Counted from the first letter of the stretch, positions 31,026 through 43,450 are shown. The stretch: DNA of 64,000 nucleotides from Synechococcus sp. (GCA_051439605.1 JBFRWN010000124.1:32001-96000); one strand, 5' to 3'. Translations and numbers: made by a program. Notes: generated from the sequence alone by a model not told the origin.

Positions 31026-31658
31026 GTGGCTGTTGGCATTTTCGGCAAAAAGTTAGGCATGACCCAAGTCTTCGATGACGAAGGTTTGGCTATTCCTGTA
31101 ACCGTTGTCGAGGCCGGTCCTTGTACCGTCACTCAGATCAAAACCAAAGAGACCGATGGCTATACTGCCATTCAAATTGGGTATGGCAATAAAAAGCGCC
31201 TGAATAAGCCCGAGAAAGGTCACTTGACTAAGGCAGGCATAGAAACCTCGCTGAGACACTTGAAAGAGTATCGAGTTGATGCGCCAGACGAGTTTGAGTT
31301 AGGCCAAGAAATTACGGTTAGTCAATTTGAAGCTGGCCAGCTTGTAGATGTCGCCGGTACCACAATTGGCCACGGTTTTACGGGTTACCAAAAGCGACAC
31401 AACTTCAGTCGTGGGCCCATGGCTCATGGTTCGAAGAACCACCGTTTACCGGGTTCTATTGGACCTGGTACCACTCCTGGCCGCGTTTATCCCGGTAAGC
31501 GCATGGCCGGACGGGATGGCGGCAAGCGTACCACCATCCGGAAGTTGACTGTCATTCGGGTGGATGCCGAGCGCAACCTGCTTCTAGTGAAAGGCTCTCT
31601 ACCTGGTGTAGAAGGAGGCCTACTGGAAATTCGTCCCGCAAACATCGTTGGACGCTAA
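31026..31658 (+). CDS. rplC: 50S ribosomal protein L3
   Basis: [33 protein letters not shown]. Confidence 0.99.
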   Translation: MAVGIFGKKLGMTQVFDDEGLAIPVTVVEAGPCTVTQIKTKETDGYTAIQIGYGNKKRLNKPEKGHLTKAGIETSLRHLKEYRVDAPDEFELGQEITVSQFEAGQLVDVAGTTIGHGFTGYQKRHNFSRGPMAHGSKNHRLPGSIGPGTTPGRVYPGKRMAGRDGGKRTTIRKLTVIRVDAERNLLLVKGSLPGVEGGLLEIRPANIVGR

Positions 31659-31683
31659 ACCCGAGTCTTAGGAGAGCAATCCG

Positions 31684-32325
31684 ATGGCAATTTGTAGCAT
31701 TAAAGACTGGCAGGGCGAGGCGGCTGGAGAAGCCGAACTAGATTTGGCAGTTGCGCCCCCTGAATCCGCACAACACTTGGTCTATCTTGCCCTGCGTCGC
31801 CAGATGGCCAACAAACGTCAAAGCAACGCCCATTCCAAGACCCGATCTGAAGTTCGCGGTGGTGGTCGGAAGCCTTGGCGTCAGAAGGGAACGGGTCGTG
31901 CGCGCGCTGGCTCTATTCGTTCTCCTCTGTGGCGTAAGGGTGGTGTGATCTTCGGTCCCCGCAACGAGCGCAACTACACCCTCAACATGAATCGTAAAGA
32001 GCGCCGCTTAGCGCTCAGAACTGCATTCCAAAGTCGCGCGGAAGACCTAATTGTTGTCGAAGACTTTGCCAGCAACTTGACCCAGCCCAAGACGAAAGAG
32101 GTCGTCCAAGCATTGTCCCGCTGGGGAATCGGTGCAGATCAGTCTGTTTTGGTCATTGTTTCTGAGAAGAACGACGCCATTTACCGCTCGGTTCGCAACA
32201 TTGCCCGCGTCAAACTCATTACTGCAACTAATCTGAACGTCTACGATTTGCTCAACGTGGATTGGATTGTGGCGACAGTACCCGCACTCGATCGCATCCG
32301 GGAGGTTTACAGTGACTCAAAGTAA
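31684..32325 (+). CDS. rplD: 50S ribosomal protein L4
   Basis: [30 protein letters not shown]. Confidence 0.99.
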   Translation: MAICSIKDWQGEAAGEAELDLAVAPPESAQHLVYLALRRQMANKRQSNAHSKTRSEVRGGGRKPWRQKGTGRARAGSIRSPLWRKGGVIFGPRNERNYTLNMNRKERRLALRTAFQSRAEDLIVVEDFASNLTQPKTKEVVQALSRWGIGADQSVLVIVSEKNDAIYRSVRNIARVKLITATNLNVYDLLNVDWIVATVPALDRIREVYSDSK

Positions 32326-32611
32326 GCGCCGCTTAGCAGATGTGCTAATCCGTCCCATCTTGACGGAAAAAGCCACTCGGCTCATGGAAGACAACAAGTA
32401 CACCTTTGAGGTGCAGGACACAGCCACCAAGCCTCTCATCCGCTATGCAGTTGAAGAGATGTTTGGTGTGCGCGTCACTGCCGTCAATACCTATACCCCT
32501 CCCAACAAAAAGCGTCGCCTTGGCCGCAGTGTAGGCTTTCGAGTTCGCCACAAGCGTGCAGTGGTTACCCTGGCGAGCGGCGATTCTATCGCATTATTCC
32601 CCGAAGTTTAA
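32312..32611 (+). CDS. rplW: 50S ribosomal protein L23
   Basis: [24 protein letters not shown] at 32312 after GGAGG. Confidence 0.97.
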   Translation: MTQSKRRLADVLIRPILTEKATRLMEDNKYTFEVQDTATKPLIRYAVEEMFGVRVTAVNTYTPPNKKRRLGRSVGFRVRHKRAVVTLASGDSIALFPEV

Positions 32612-32652
32612 TTCGGCTCTGACGCACTAGATATCTGGACAGCGAAGCTAAC

Positions 32653-33498
32653 ATGGCAATTCGTAACTTTAATCCCTATACCCCGAGCATGCGTCAGCAT
32701 GCAGCGTCAGACTTCTCGGAGTTGACGACAGATACACCAGAAAAATCTCTGGTTAAGTATGTCCACAACAAGAAGGGACGCAACAATCGCGGTGTAATTA
32801 CCAGTCGGCATCGTGGAGGTGGTCACAAGCGCCTCTATCGTATCATCGACTTCAAGCGCGATAAATATGATGTACCTGCCAAGGTCGCAACAATTGAGTA
32901 CGACCCTAACCGTAATGCTCGCATCTGCTTGCTGCACTACACCGATGGCGAGAAACGCTACATCCTTCAGCCTAAGTCCTTGAAAGTGGGCGATACCGTC
33001 GTTTCTGGCGCCGAGGCCCCCATCGAGATTGGTAATACCATGCCCTTATCTCGGGTTCCCTTAGGCAGCGCAGTCCATAACGTTGAAATGCATCGCGGCC
33101 GTGGTGGACAGCTTGTCCGTTCTGCTGGGGCGAGCGCTCAGGTTGTGGCTAAGGAAGGTGACTACGTCACTATCAAGCTGCCATCTAGCGAAGTGCGGAT
33201 GGTTCGCAAAGAGTGCTATGCAACTCTGGGTGAAGTAGGTAACGCTGAGTTCAGCAACCAGAATAAAGGTAAAGCTGGTCGTACCCGCTGGAGCGGACGC
33301 CGTCCCCATGTTCGCGGTGTCGCAATGAACGCTTGCGATCACCCCCACGGTGGTGGAGAAGGTAAGGCACCAATTGGTCGTCCCTCTCCTCTTTCTCCAA
33401 CTGGTATCCCTGCTTTGGGCTACAAGACCCGCAAGAAGAAAAAGGCAAGCGGCAAGTTGATTGTTCGCGGCCGCAAGCGCGGTAAATCTACCCGTTAA
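32653..33498 (+). CDS. rplB: 50S ribosomal protein L2
   Basis: [36 protein letters not shown]. Confidence 0.99.
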   Translation: MAIRNFNPYTPSMRQHAASDFSELTTDTPEKSLVKYVHNKKGRNNRGVITSRHRGGGHKRLYRIIDFKRDKYDVPAKVATIEYDPNRNARICLLHYTDGEKRYILQPKSLKVGDTVVSGAEAPIEIGNTMPLSRVPLGSAVHNVEMHRGRGGQLVRSAGASAQVVAKEGDYVTIKLPSSEVRMVRKECYATLGEVGNAEFSNQNKGKAGRTRWSGRRPHVRGVAMNACDHPHGGGEGKAPIGRPSPLSPTGIPALGYKTRKKKKASGKLIVRGRKRGKSTR

Positions 33499-33545
33499 TT
33501 CTTGTCATCAGTTTTCACGTTTATCGATTGATTCGGTAGGTCACT

Positions 33546-33824
33546 ATGCCCCGTTCACTCAAGAAAGGTCCCTTTGTCGCCGGTCATCTTCTTAAGAAGA
33601 TCGAAGTAATGAATGCCAGCGGCAGCAAGCAAGTTATCAAGACTTGGTCTCGGGCCTCCACCATCATCCCCCAGATGATTGGCCACACCATTGCAGTCCA
33701 CAACGGCAGGCAGCACGTCCCTGTTTACGTGTCCGAGCAAATGGTGGGCCACAAACTGGGTGAGTTTGCACCGACGCGTACCTACCGCGGTCACGCATCT
33801 GATAAGAAAGCTTCTCGCCGCTGA
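33546..33824 (+). CDS. rpsS: 30S ribosomal protein S19
   Basis: [29 protein letters not shown]. Confidence 0.99.
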   Translation: MPRSLKKGPFVAGHLLKKIEVMNASGSKQVIKTWSRASTIIPQMIGHTIAVHNGRQHVPVYVSEQMVGHKLGEFAPTRTYRGHASDKKASRR

Positions 33825-33835
33825 GGAAGGTATTC

Positions 33836-34189
33836 ATGGCTACTGACACCCTAGAAGTGAAGGCGATCGCACGCACAGTGCGTATGTCTCCCACCAAAGT
33901 GCGCCGCGTCCTGAACCAGATTCGCGGTCGCTCCTACCAAGATGCCCTGATTGTCCTGGAATTCATGCCTTACTCGGCTTGTGAGCCCGTGAAAAAGGTC
34001 TTGCGCTCCGCAGTTGCTAACGCCGAGCACAACGAAGGCCTAGATGCGACTCAGCTGTACGTGAGTACTGCATACGCCGACCAGGGACCTACCCTCAAGC
34101 GTTTTCGTCCTCGTGCTCAAGGACGTGCGTTTTCCATCCAGAAGAAGACCTGCCACATCACTGTCGCAGTCAGTCCGATCGAGTCTTAA
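33836..34189 (+). CDS. rplV: 50S ribosomal protein L22
   Basis: [27 protein letters not shown]. Confidence 0.99.
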   Translation: MATDTLEVKAIARTVRMSPTKVRRVLNQIRGRSYQDALIVLEFMPYSACEPVKKVLRSAVANAEHNEGLDATQLYVSTAYADQGPTLKRFRPRAQGRAFSIQKKTCHITVAVSPIES

Positions 34190-34228
34190 CTCATTCAGTT
34201 CCTCCATCGTTAACCAAGCGCACCACCT

Positions 34229-34981
34229 ATGGGCCAGAAGATTCACCCCAACGGCTTCCGTCTCGGAATTACCCGCACTCACCGCAGTCGCTGGTTTGCC
34301 AGCCCCGAGCGTTACCCCCTCTTGCTGCAAGAGGATCGCCAAATCCGCGACTATCTTCGCAAAAACTTAAGCAATGCTGGTCTAGCCAACATCATCATTG
34401 AGCGCAAGGCCGATCAAATCGATCTGGAAGTCCACACCTCTCGCCCTGGGGTTGTTGTTGGACGTGGCGGCTCGGGAATTGAAGCCTTACGCGTGGGTCT
34501 CCTCAAAGAGCTGGCAGATAGCCCTGCTGCTGAAGGGTCTCGCACCGTGCGCATCAACGTTGTCGAGGTGACAAGAGTTGACGCTGAAGCGGCTCTGATT
34601 GCCGAGAGCATTGCTCAGCAGCTCGAACGCCGAGTGTCCTTCCGCCGTGTTGTGCGTCAGGTGATTCAGCGTGCTCAGCGTGCTGGTGTTGAGGGTATCA
34701 AGATTCAAATCGGTGGTCGCCTGAATGGGGCTGAGATTGCTCGCTCAGAGTGGACTCGCGAAGGTCGTATTCCCTTGCATACCCTGAGGGCAAACATTGA
34801 CTACGCCGAGCACAAAGCTAAGACCACATTTGGCATCATCGGCGTGAAAGTTTGGGTTTTCAAGGGAGAAATCTTACCCGGCCAGGAGCTAGAAACCCGT
34901 CCTGCTCCCAGCCAGCAGCCCAAGCGTCGTTCCCAAAGACGCCGTCCAACTTTCGAAGACCGTTCAGCTGCTGAGGGCTAG
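34229..34981 (+). CDS. rpsC: 30S ribosomal protein S3
   Basis: [32 protein letters not shown]. Confidence 0.99.
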   Translation: MGQKIHPNGFRLGITRTHRSRWFASPERYPLLLQEDRQIRDYLRKNLSNAGLANIIIERKADQIDLEVHTSRPGVVVGRGGSGIEALRVGLLKELADSPAAEGSRTVRINVVEVTRVDAEAALIAESIAQQLERRVSFRRVVRQVIQRAQRAGVEGIKIQIGGRLNGAEIARSEWTREGRIPLHTLRANIDYAEHKAKTTFGIIGVKVWVFKGEILPGQELETRPAPSQQPKRRSQRRRPTFEDRSAAEG

Positions 34982-35021
34982 CGCCCTACAGGCTCCCCGC
35001 TGATTAAAAGGAACTCATCCG

Positions 35022-35483
<462 letters not shown>

Positions 35484-35485
35484 TT

Positions 35486-35698
35486 ATGCCGATGCCGAAA
35501 ATCGCGGATGCCCGCGCTCTCTCAGATGAAGAGTTAAGCGCTGAAATCCTGTCTGCGAAGAAAGAGTTGTTTGAATTGCGTTTGCAGCGAGCGACTCGTC
35601 AGTTAGAAGCCCCCCATCAGATTAAGCTTGCCAAGCACCGTCTGGCGCAGTTAATGACGGTTGAGGGTGAGCGGTCTAGAGCGAAAGCTGATTCTTGA
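35486..35698 (+). CDS. rpmC: 50S ribosomal protein L29
   Basis: KKELFELRLQ, PHQI, LAQLMTV; operon position. Confidence 0.97.
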   Translation: MPMPKIADARALSDEELSAEILSAKKELFELRLQRATRQLEAPHQIKLAKHRLAQLMTVEGERSRAKADS

Positions 35699-35718
35699 GC
35701 GAGTAAGGTGCCCTAACA

Positions 35719-35976
35719 ATGTCAGATGTGAAACGTAGAAAAGTTCAAGTTGGCCTGGTGGTCAGCGACAAGATGGACAAGACGGTGGTGGTTGCTGTGG
35801 AAAACCGCATTGCCCACCCTCGGTACGGAAAGATTGTTGTCAAGACCAAGAAATACAAGGCTCACGACGAAAATAACCAGTGCAAGCAGGGCGATCGTGT
35901 GCGCATTGCCGAAACACGACCCCTAAGCAAAACCAAGCGCTGGGAAGTTGCTGAAATCTTAGGTGGGGGAAATTAA
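35719..35976 (+). CDS. rpsQ: 30S ribosomal protein S17
   Basis: [30 protein letters not shown]. Confidence 0.99.
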   Translation: MSDVKRRKVQVGLVVSDKMDKTVVVAVENRIAHPRYGKIVVKTKKYKAHDENNQCKQGDRVRIAETRPLSKTKRWEVAEILGGGN

Positions 35977-35979
35977 GTC

Positions 35980-36348
35980 ATGATTCAGCAAGAAACAATG
36001 CTTAACGTGGCTGATAACACTGGCGCAAGACGTATACAGTGCATCCGCGTCCCCGGGAGTACTGGCCGCCGTTACGCTCGTGTTGGTGATGTGATTGTTG
36101 CAGTTGTTAAAGACGCTGCCCCTAATATGCCCGTAAAAAAATCAGATGTTGTGAAGGCTGTTGTTGTACGGACGGTTAAGTCCATCCGTCGCGAGAACGG
36201 CATGACCATTCGGTTTGATGACAATGCTGCTGTCCTTATCAACCCAGACAACAACCCTCGCGGGACTCGCGTGTTTGGACCTGTGGCTCGCGAGCTGCGG
36301 GAGAAAAACTTCACCAAGATCGTCTCCCTCGCACCGGAGGTTCTGTAG
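35980..36348 (+). CDS. rplN: 50S ribosomal protein L14
   Basis: [35 protein letters not shown]. Confidence 0.99.
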   Translation: MIQQETMLNVADNTGARRIQCIRVPGSTGRRYARVGDVIVAVVKDAAPNMPVKKSDVVKAVVVRTVKSIRRENGMTIRFDDNAAVLINPDNNPRGTRVFGPVARELREKNFTKIVSLAPEVL

Positions 36349-36350
36349 CA

Positions 36351-36749
36351 ATGGTACGAAAACTCAAACGCAGTCAGATTGCCGCCTTGGTTAAAAAGCC
36401 AGGCATTAATGCTCACCGAAACTCCTTGCGCTACAAAATGCGCATCAAGAAAGGCGACACCGTCCAGGTGATTGCCGGAAATGAAAAAGGAACTGTCGGG
36501 GAAGTTCTGCTGACCCTACCCAGCAAGAACATGGTGATTGTAGAAGGGGTGAATATCGTCACTCGCCACATAAAGCCACAACGTGAGGGCGAGACCGGTC
36601 GGATTGAAACCACCGAAGCTCCCATCCACGTTTCCAATGTGATGGCCTATTCCAATAAGGAAAAGGTGTCTAGCAAGATTGCATACAGCTTTACGCCTGA
36701 AGGTCGTAAGGTTCGTATGCTAAAAGCCACTGGCGAAATTCTCGATTAA
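36351..36749 (+). CDS. rplX: 50S ribosomal protein L24
   Basis: [26 protein letters not shown]. Confidence 0.98.
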   Translation: MVRKLKRSQIAALVKKPGINAHRNSLRYKMRIKKGDTVQVIAGNEKGTVGEVLLTLPSKNMVIVEGVNIVTRHIKPQREGETGRIETTEAPIHVSNVMAYSNKEKVSSKIAYSFTPEGRKVRMLKATGEILD

Positions 36750-36808
36750 CCCCGTTGGTAGCCATCAGATTGCCGTTGTCAGACCGAATTTTCGATTGAG
36801 ATCCGACC

Positions 36809-37351
36809 ATGCCACAACGTCTCAGAAAAATCTATAACGAGACCCTCGTGCCGCAGCTCATGAAAGAGTTGGGTTATGAGAATGTCCACCAAGTTCCCAA
36901 GCTTGAAAAGATTGTTGTTAACCGCGGTCTGGGGGAAGCCTCTCAGAATGCCAAAGCACTCGAATCTTCTCTCGCTGAAATCAGTGCGATAACCGGTCAA
37001 CGACCCGTTATCACCCGAGCGAAGAAGGCGATTGCGACTTTCAAGATTCGCGAAGGAATGCCGGTTGGTCTAAAGGTTACGCTTCGCCGCGAAAAGATGT
37101 ATGCCTTTCTCGATCGATTCGTCAACGTTGCCCTCCCACGAATCCGCGACTTCCGCGGTGTCAACCCAAAGGGGTTTGACGGTCGTGGAAACTACACCAT
37201 CGGTGTGAAGGAACAGTTGATTTTTCCTGAAATCAGCTACGACAGGGTCGATCAGATTCGCGGCATGGATGTCTCATTCGTGACAACTGCCACCAACGAC
37301 AACGATGGTCGGGCGCTCCTGAAGGCATTTGGTATGCCATTTGCATCCTGA
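36809..37351 (+). CDS. rplE: 50S ribosomal protein L5
   Basis: [33 protein letters not shown]. Confidence 0.99.
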   Translation: MPQRLRKIYNETLVPQLMKELGYENVHQVPKLEKIVVNRGLGEASQNAKALESSLAEISAITGQRPVITRAKKAIATFKIREGMPVGLKVTLRREKMYAFLDRFVNVALPRIRDFRGVNPKGFDGRGNYTIGVKEQLIFPEISYDRVDQIRGMDVSFVTTATNDNDGRALLKAFGMPFAS

Positions 37352-37485
37352 TGCTTTTTCCGTTTCAAACTCTTTTGTTCTTGGTATTTTCGCTGATGGT
37401 TCGACAAGCTGCACGACGAGCAATCGCCCCCCAGGCAACAACTCTGTCCACCCGACTCGCTCTGCAGGTTTAGAGGTAACTGCAC

Positions 37486-37890
37486 ATGGCGCATACAAAC
37501 GACACGATTTCCGACATGCTCACCCGCATTCGCAATGCGAATTTAGCGCGGCATCAATCGGTGAATATTCCCGCAACGAAAATGACTCGCAATATTGCTC
37601 GAGTCCTACGCGAAGAGGGATTCATTGACAGTTTCGAAGAGGCGGATGCCGACAGTCGCAAAAACTTGGTGCTCTCTTTGAAGTACAAAGGCAAGAATCG
37701 CCAACCCATTATCACTAAGATGCAGCGCGTGAGCAGACCGGGCTTGCGTGTTTATAAGAACCGCAAAGAATTGCCTCGCGTTCTAGGTGGAATCGGGATA
37801 GCTATCATCTCGACCTCAAGTGGCATCATGACCGACCGAGATGCCCGCCGCAACGGCATTGGCGGTGAAGTTCTCTGCTACATCTACTAA
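37486..37890 (+). CDS. rpsH: 30S ribosomal protein S8
   Basis: [31 protein letters not shown]. Confidence 0.99.
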   Translation: MAHTNDTISDMLTRIRNANLARHQSVNIPATKMTRNIARVLREEGFIDSFEEADADSRKNLVLSLKYKGKNRQPIITKMQRVSRPGLRVYKNRKELPRVLGGIGIAIISTSSGIMTDRDARRNGIGGEVLCYIY

Positions 37891-37921
37891 GTCGTCCAAT
37901 CCCTCCATCAGGAGTTCGTAC

Positions 37922-38458
37922 ATGTCCCGTATTGGTAAACAACCTATCCCTATACCTGACAAAGTGACCGTCACCATTGATGGGCTCCATGTTAAGGTCA
38001 AAGGCCCAAAGGGAGAGCTAGAGCGTATCCTGCCTGACAAAGTGACCGTCGTTCAAGAAGGCACTGAGGTTAAGGTCTCTCCAGTTGACGAATCAAGAAT
38101 TGCCCGTCAACGTCACGGCCTTTCCAGAACGCTGGTAGCTAACATGGTTGAAGGGGTCTCTAAAGGGTTCGAAAAGCGTTTAGAGATTCAAGGGGTTGGT
38201 TACCGTGCTCAGGCAAAAGGAACGACTCTGATCCTGAATGTTGGCTACAGTAACCCAGTCGAAATTCCTGCCCCCAGCGGCATTCAGTTGGCTGTTGAAA
38301 ACAATACCAACGTGATCGTTACGGGTATTGATAAAGAGGTTGTAGGAAATGTAGCCGCTACAATCCGCAGCGTGCGTCCCCCTGAGCCCTACAAAGGCAA
38401 AGGAATCCGTTACGCCGGAGAGTACATTCTTCGCAAAGCTGGTAAATCTGGTAAATAA
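37922..38458 (+). CDS. rplF: 50S ribosomal protein L6
   Basis: [35 protein letters not shown] at 37922. Confidence 0.99.
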   Translation: MSRIGKQPIPIPDKVTVTIDGLHVKVKGPKGELERILPDKVTVVQEGTEVKVSPVDESRIARQRHGLSRTLVANMVEGVSKGFEKRLEIQGVGYRAQAKGTTLILNVGYSNPVEIPAPSGIQLAVENNTNVIVTGIDKEVVGNVAATIRSVRPPEPYKGKGIRYAGEYILRKAGKSGK

Positions 38459-38461
38459 GCC

Positions 38462-38830
38462 ATGAAAGTGAGTCGCAAACAATCTACGCGCAGGCGTCAC
38501 AACCGTATTCGTCGGAAAGTGGTTGGTACTTCCGAGCGTCCCCGTCTGGCTATCTTCCGTTCCAACCAACACATTTATGCTCAAGTGATTGATGACTCTG
38601 CTCATCACACTCTAGCTGCTGCCTCAACCCTTGAGGCTCCGGTTAAGGACGTGGTTGGTGATGCAAACACTGCCAATCAGGCCGCAGCCGCAGTTGTGGG
38701 AAAGTCTGTGGCTGAAAAGGCGATCGCCGCCGGTATCAAGCAGGTAGTTTTCGATCGTGGTGGAAATCTGTACCACGGACGCGTTAAGGCGCTTGCTGAT
38801 GCTGCACGCGATGCCGGATTAGAATTCTAG
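38462..38830 (+). CDS. rplR: 50S ribosomal protein L18
   Basis: [28 protein letters not shown]. Confidence 0.99.
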   Translation: MKVSRKQSTRRRHNRIRRKVVGTSERPRLAIFRSNQHIYAQVIDDSAHHTLAAASTLEAPVKDVVGDANTANQAAAAVVGKSVAEKAIAAGIKQVVFDRGGNLYHGRVKALADAARDAGLEF

Positions 38831-38862
38831 GCTCACTATTGTACTTAAAGGGACGCACTAAC

Positions 38863-39393
38863 ATGGCAGAACGTCGAAGTAAAAGAAAGGGTCGTGATAG
38901 CCGCGAGTCCTCCGAGTGGCAGGAGCGGGTTGTCCAGATTCGTCGTGTAACGAAGGTCGTCAAGGGCGGTAAGTCCCTTAGCTTCCGAGCAGTAGTCGTT
39001 GTCGGTAATGAACAGGGTCAAGTAGGCGTTGGTGTAGGAAAGGCCAACGACGTCATTGGAGCAGTACGCAAAGGCGTTGCTGATGCGAAGAAGAGCTTGA
39101 TTGAAGTTCCCCTGACTAAAAGCCGCTCTTTGCCCCACCGAATCAATGGTGAGGCCGGCGGGGCCAGGGTTCTAGTTATGCCTGCCGCTCCAGGTACCGG
39201 TGTTATTGCTGGTGGTGCTGTGCGTACCGTTCTGGAGTTGGCCGGAGTCAAGAACTCGCTTGCCAAGCAATTGGGGTCTAGCAACCCTCTCAACAACGCT
39301 CGAGCAACTGTCGATGCGCTGAGAAATATGAGAACGTTTGAGGCAGTAGCCGAAGAGCGAGGTATCGAAGTGACTAAACTTTACAGTGCTTAG
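38863..39393 (+). CDS. rpsE: 30S ribosomal protein S5
   Basis: [25 protein letters not shown] at 38863. Confidence 0.99.
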   Translation: MAERRSKRKGRDSRESSEWQERVVQIRRVTKVVKGGKSLSFRAVVVVGNEQGQVGVGVGKANDVIGAVRKGVADAKKSLIEVPLTKSRSLPHRINGEAGGARVLVMPAAPGTGVIAGGAVRTVLELAGVKNSLAKQLGSSNPLNNARATVDALRNMRTFEAVAEERGIEVTKLYSA

Positions 39394-39437
39394 TCAAGTA
39401 TGTCTGCATTTGAACCAACAGCTTTCAGGAAATTACT

Positions 39438-39881
39438 ATGCGTCTGAATGACATTCAGCCTCAAGCAGGGGCAACCCGTCGCAAACGCCGCATATGCCGA
39501 GGCATCTCTGCGGGTCAAGGTGCTACCGGTGGCAAAGGAATGCGTGGCCAAAAGTCTCGTTCCGGAGGAGGAACGCGGCCTGGATTTGAAGGTGGTCAAA
39601 TGCCGTTGTATCGCCGCCTGCCTAAGCTCAAGCATTTCACGGCGATCAATCGGAAGTCTTTCACAATCGTCAACGTTTCCGATCTGGACTCACTCGACGC
39701 TGGTGCAGAAGTAACTCTAGAAAGCCTTCTCAATGGTGGCATCTTGACCACCAGTAATGGTCCTCTCAAGGTTTTAGGTGATGGGGAGTTGAGCAAGAGC
39801 TTGACTGTCAAGGCCAAAGCCGTTACACAACCTGCCCGTACTAAAATTGAGGCTGCTGGCGGTACCGTTGAGTTACTTTAG
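39438..39881 (+). CDS. rplO: 50S ribosomal protein L15
   Basis: [36 protein letters not shown]. Confidence 0.99.
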   Translation: MRLNDIQPQAGATRRKRRICRGISAGQGATGGKGMRGQKSRSGGGTRPGFEGGQMPLYRRLPKLKHFTAINRKSFTIVNVSDLDSLDAGAEVTLESLLNGGILTTSNGPLKVLGDGELSKSLTVKAKAVTQPARTKIEAAGGTVELL

Positions 39882-40098
39882 GTTTCTTAAGCTAGGTTAG
39901 GTAAGTGCAAGAACTAGAAGTACTTAGTTTACATTCATGGGTTCAATTGCATCGCAGCAGTTTGTTAAAGCTGCTGTTTTTTCTTATTGGTCTTGCAAAA
40001 TTTCGTTAATTGGGATCGGAGAGTTAAACTTTACAAGGCTCTCACGATACTGGCGAGCTAAAGTTGGTCCGGATTCGCTGGCAAGGAGATTGCTTTTT

Positions 40099-41400
40099 AT
40101 GGTGGTCAATCGGGGAAGTGCCCCCTCAGCCCAAGAGACATTTGCACAGATGGCCCAAGAGGCGGGGCTACGCGGGAGGGTTTTCCTCACGCTAGGAATC
40201 TTGTTGCTTGTTCGTCTGGGAATTTATATCCCTATCCCAGGAATCGATCGCGCTGCCTTTGCCGAGAGTCTAGCGAACAACGACTTCTTGGGGTTTGTCA
40301 ATATCTTTACCGGGGGCGGAATTTCTGCCCTAGGCGTATTCATGTTGGGAATTTTGCCCTACATTAATGCCTCCATCATCATTCAGCTGTTAACGTCCGC
40401 TGTTCCTGCCTTAGAAAATCTACAAAAGAACGAGGGAGAGGCAGGACGCCGACAAATCACTCAGTACACTCGCTATCTCACCCTGGTGTGGGCCATTATC
40501 CAAGGGATTGGCATTTCAATCTGGGTATTTAATTATGCTGCCCCCGGTTCATCGCAACTTTCATTCACGTTTGAAACTACTTTGGCCCTGACTGCTGGCT
40601 CGATGTTCGTTATGTGGGCCAGCGAGCTGATTACCGAGCGAGGCATTGGCAATGGTGCTTCGTTGATGATTTTCATCAACATTGTTGCAACGTTACCCAA
40701 TGCACTTTCTCAAACGATTAGCTTGGCTCGTGCTGACAGCAGCAATATTGGGGGGATTATTGCATTAGGTTTTACTTTCCTGGCGATGATCGTTGGAATT
40801 GTCTTTGTTCAGGAGGGCACCCGTCGGATTCCAATTATTTCGGCGAAACGACAAGTGGGTCGCCGCCTCTACCGCGAGCAGAAGAACTATCTTCCTCTTC
40901 GCCTTAACCAGGGGGGGGTGATGCCCATCATTTTTGCGTCCGCTGTATTGATCCTGCCTGCTTCGTTGGCCAATTTCAGTCAGAACTTGACCTTGATTCA
41001 GGTGGCCAATTTCTTCTCGCCGACATCTTGGGGCTATATTCCTCTATACCTGGCGATGATTCTGTTCTTCAGCTATTTCTACGCTTCACTGATTCTCAAC
41101 CCCGTTGATTTAGCGCAGAACTTGAAAAAGATGGGTTCTAGCATTCCTGGTATTCGCCCGGGCCGAGCGACCTCCGAATACATCGAACGTGTTTTGAATC
41201 GTTTGACATTTCTAGGCGCGCTCTTCTTGGGGCTAGTAGCTATTGTGCCTACGATTGTTGAGCGCGCTACCGGTATCACGACTTTCCAGGGGCTGGGGGC
41301 AACTTCTTTGCTGATCTTAGTGGGCGTAGCGATTGATACTTCCAAGCAGATTCAGACTTATGTGATTTCTCAACGTTATGAAGGGATGGTAAAAGACTAG
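40099..41400 (+). CDS. secY: Preprotein translocase subunit SecY
   Basis: LGILPYINASII, ERGIGNG, GVMPIIFAS, IPGIRPG, SLLILVGV; ATG at 40099. Confidence 0.99.
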   Translation: MVVNRGSAPSAQETFAQMAQEAGLRGRVFLTLGILLLVRLGIYIPIPGIDRAAFAESLANNDFLGFVNIFTGGGISALGVFMLGILPYINASIIIQLLTSAVPALENLQKNEGEAGRRQITQYTRYLTLVWAIIQGIGISIWVFNYAAPGSSQLSFTFETTLALTAGSMFVMWASELITERGIGNGASLMIFINIVATLPNALSQTISLARADSSNIGGIIALGFTFLAMIVGIVFVQEGTRRIPIISAKRQVGRRLYREQKNYLPLRLNQGGVMPIIFASAVLILPASLANFSQNLTLIQVANFFSPTSWGYIPLYLAMILFFSYFYASLILNPVDLAQNLKKMGSSIPGIRPGRATSEYIERVLNRLTFLGALFLGLVAIVPTIVERATGITTFQGLGATSLLILVGVAIDTSKQIQTYVISQRYEGMVKD

Positions 41401-41978
41401 TGGCTCGGATGATATTAGTAGGTCCCCCTGGTTCTGGTAAAGGTACTCAAGGGGAACGTTTACAGACTGAATTGCAGATCCCTAAATTCTCGACCGGCGA
41501 CATATTGCGAGCTGCTGTTCGTGACAGTACTCCGCTGGGGGTAGAAGCAAAGCACTATATGGACAGCGGACAGTTGGTTCCCGACAAAGTTGTGATCGGC
41601 TTAATCGAGGAATGCTTGAAGTCAGCTGATGCCCAGAAGGGCTGGATCTTGGATGGATTTCCGCGCACAATTCCTCAAGCAGAGGCATTGGATGAATTGC
41701 TTGAGAGTGTTGAGCAGAGTTACAACTGCGTCATTTGCTTAGATGTTCCTGACGAGCCAATCGTTCAACGAATGCTGGATCGCGGTCGAGACGATGACAA
41801 AGAGGATGTGATTCGCGAGCGACTAAAGGTTTACCGCGATAAGACGGCACCACTGATTGACTACTACTCGAAAAAGAATGTTTTGGAAACGGTTGACGGG
41901 AACCGTAATCCTGACTCAGTATTTGAGTCTCTGAAGCAGTTACTGTCAACCGAGCATCCTGCCTCTTTATCGCAATAG
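41400..41978 (+). CDS. adk: Adenylate kinase (short LID)
   Basis: GPPGSGKGT, STGDILR, GQLVPD, LDGFPRT, RGRDDD. Confidence 0.98.
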   Translation: MARMILVGPPGSGKGTQGERLQTELQIPKFSTGDILRAAVRDSTPLGVEAKHYMDSGQLVPDKVVIGLIEECLKSADAQKGWILDGFPRTIPQAEALDELLESVEQSYNCVICLDVPDEPIVQRMLDRGRDDDKEDVIRERLKVYRDKTAPLIDYYSKKNVLETVDGNRNPDSVFESLKQLLSTEHPASLSQ

Positions 41979-41995
41979 AGGTAATGCTTCCATTC

Positions 41996-42047
41996 GCTTT
42001 TTATACGCAGAGGGGAAGTTTGACCTTCCCCTCTGCGTATAAAAAGC
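41996..42047. repeat. Perfect 23-bp inverted repeat with 6-nt loop between adk and infA
   Basis: GCTTTTTATACGCAGAGGGGAAG-tttgac-CTTCCCCTCTGCGTATAAAAAGC. Confidence 0.95.
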
Positions 42048-42118
42048 AGCTAATCTTTAAGGTCATTGTACGCATGCCTCACAAATGTTAATGAAGCACA
42101 ACTTCTAGGAGGTCTAGC

Positions 42119-42343
42119 TTGTCCAAACAAGATGTTATTGAGATGGAAGGTACCGTTACCGAATCCCTACCCAATGCAATGTTTCGAGTTGATTTAGATA
42201 ACGGTTTTAACGTCTTAGCCCACATCTCTGGCAAGATTCGCAGAAATTACATCAAAATCCTCCCCGGAGATCGCGTCAAAGTGGAGCTAACCCCCTACGA
42301 TCTCTCAAAAGGTCGGATTACCTACCGTTTACGCAAGAAGTAG
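42119..42343 (+). CDS. infA: Translation initiation factor IF-1
   Basis: [35 protein letters not shown]. Confidence 0.99.
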   Translation: MSKQDVIEMEGTVTESLPNAMFRVDLDNGFNVLAHISGKIRRNYIKILPGDRVKVELTPYDLSKGRITYRLRKK

Positions 42344-42647
42344 CAATAGATTGCTCAATGAACTTCATATGGGCTAGGTAATCTTGTTGAGGACTGTCGC
42401 TTTCAGGCATTGCATAGTTTGACAACGTCTTTAAAAGTGCAAAACTGAAGGTGCTTTATACCGGATCGTCCTTGATATTCCTGCCATCCTATCGTTGACT
42501 CACTACTGACTTTAGAACTGACATAGATTATCTTAGAATTGCCTTTTTTTCTCTCCTTTTTGGAGAAAATTTTATTACTTTGCCCCTGTATCTATCCAGT
42601 TTGGCTCAATACCATTAGAGCAACAACTGAAAGTGGATTGTTTGGGA

Positions 42648-43355
42648 ATGAGAGCCCCATTATTTTTTCAGGCAGTGGCGATTGGATTTGCGATCGCAGC
42701 GCCGGTTGGTCCAATTGGATTGCTGTGTATTCAACGCACGCTGATTAAGGGCTACGCTGTTGGACTGTTAACTGGCTTAGGTGCGGCTACGGCTGATGCC
42801 ATGTACGGCACTGTCGGTGCTTTTGGTCTGAGTGCCGCAACTCAATGGCTGGTGGATAGCCAGGTGATACTCAGATTGTTTGGGGGCTTATTCCTGATTC
42901 TCTTAGGACTGAAAGGGATTTTCCTGCGAAGTTCTAGGTCTCACTCCTTTGACAAATCACCCTCTCCAGAGTCCAACTATGAGGGGTCGAACATTACAAA
43001 GCCTGCAGTACCTGAATTGAGGCAATGGGTTTCTCAGCAGAACCTCCTAGGAGCATATTTATCAACCTTTGTGTTAACCCTGTCCAACCCGCTGACAATC
43101 CTCTCGTTTGTGGCCTTGTTTGCCAGCGTGGGCTTAGAGGAGCCCAGTCAAAATGTCTTGACCGCATCTGTGTTTGTGGGGGGGGTATTTTTGGGCTCGG
43201 CAATCTGGTGGTTCTTTCTGTCCGCCTGTGTGGCGGTGTTTCGGGTCAGGCTATCACTTCCGCTGCTACGGGGGGTAGATGTCTGTTCTGGAATTGCGAT
43301 CGCCAGCTTCGGACTCTTGGCTATTGTTTCTGGAATTAATGCGATCGTATCTTGA
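42648..43355 (+). CDS. LysE family translocator
   Basis: IAAPVGPIGLLCI, GLGAATADA, LTLSNPLTI, GVFLGSAIWW; probable ATG 42648. Confidence 0.92.
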   Translation: MRAPLFFQAVAIGFAIAAPVGPIGLLCIQRTLIKGYAVGLLTGLGAATADAMYGTVGAFGLSAATQWLVDSQVILRLFGGLFLILLGLKGIFLRSSRSHSFDKSPSPESNYEGSNITKPAVPELRQWVSQQNLLGAYLSTFVLTLSNPLTILSFVALFASVGLEEPSQNVLTASVFVGGVFLGSAIWWFFLSACVAVFRVRLSLPLLRGVDVCSGIAIASFGLLAIVSGINAIVS

Positions 43356-43450
43356 TGCGATTGTCTATGTAGTTGCTTCAAGAATTGTTATGTGTCGTCG
43401 TAGGCTACTGCGCTAGCCTGAAAGATGCCGCATTTTTTCTCCTTGCAGTC

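Noticed and set aside
39937..40098. N-terminal extensions in ORF-track calls (secY; likewise hemC, rplF, rplW, bioB, moaA, sigC)
   Set aside because: Longest-ORF artefacts; homology starts at downstream start codons
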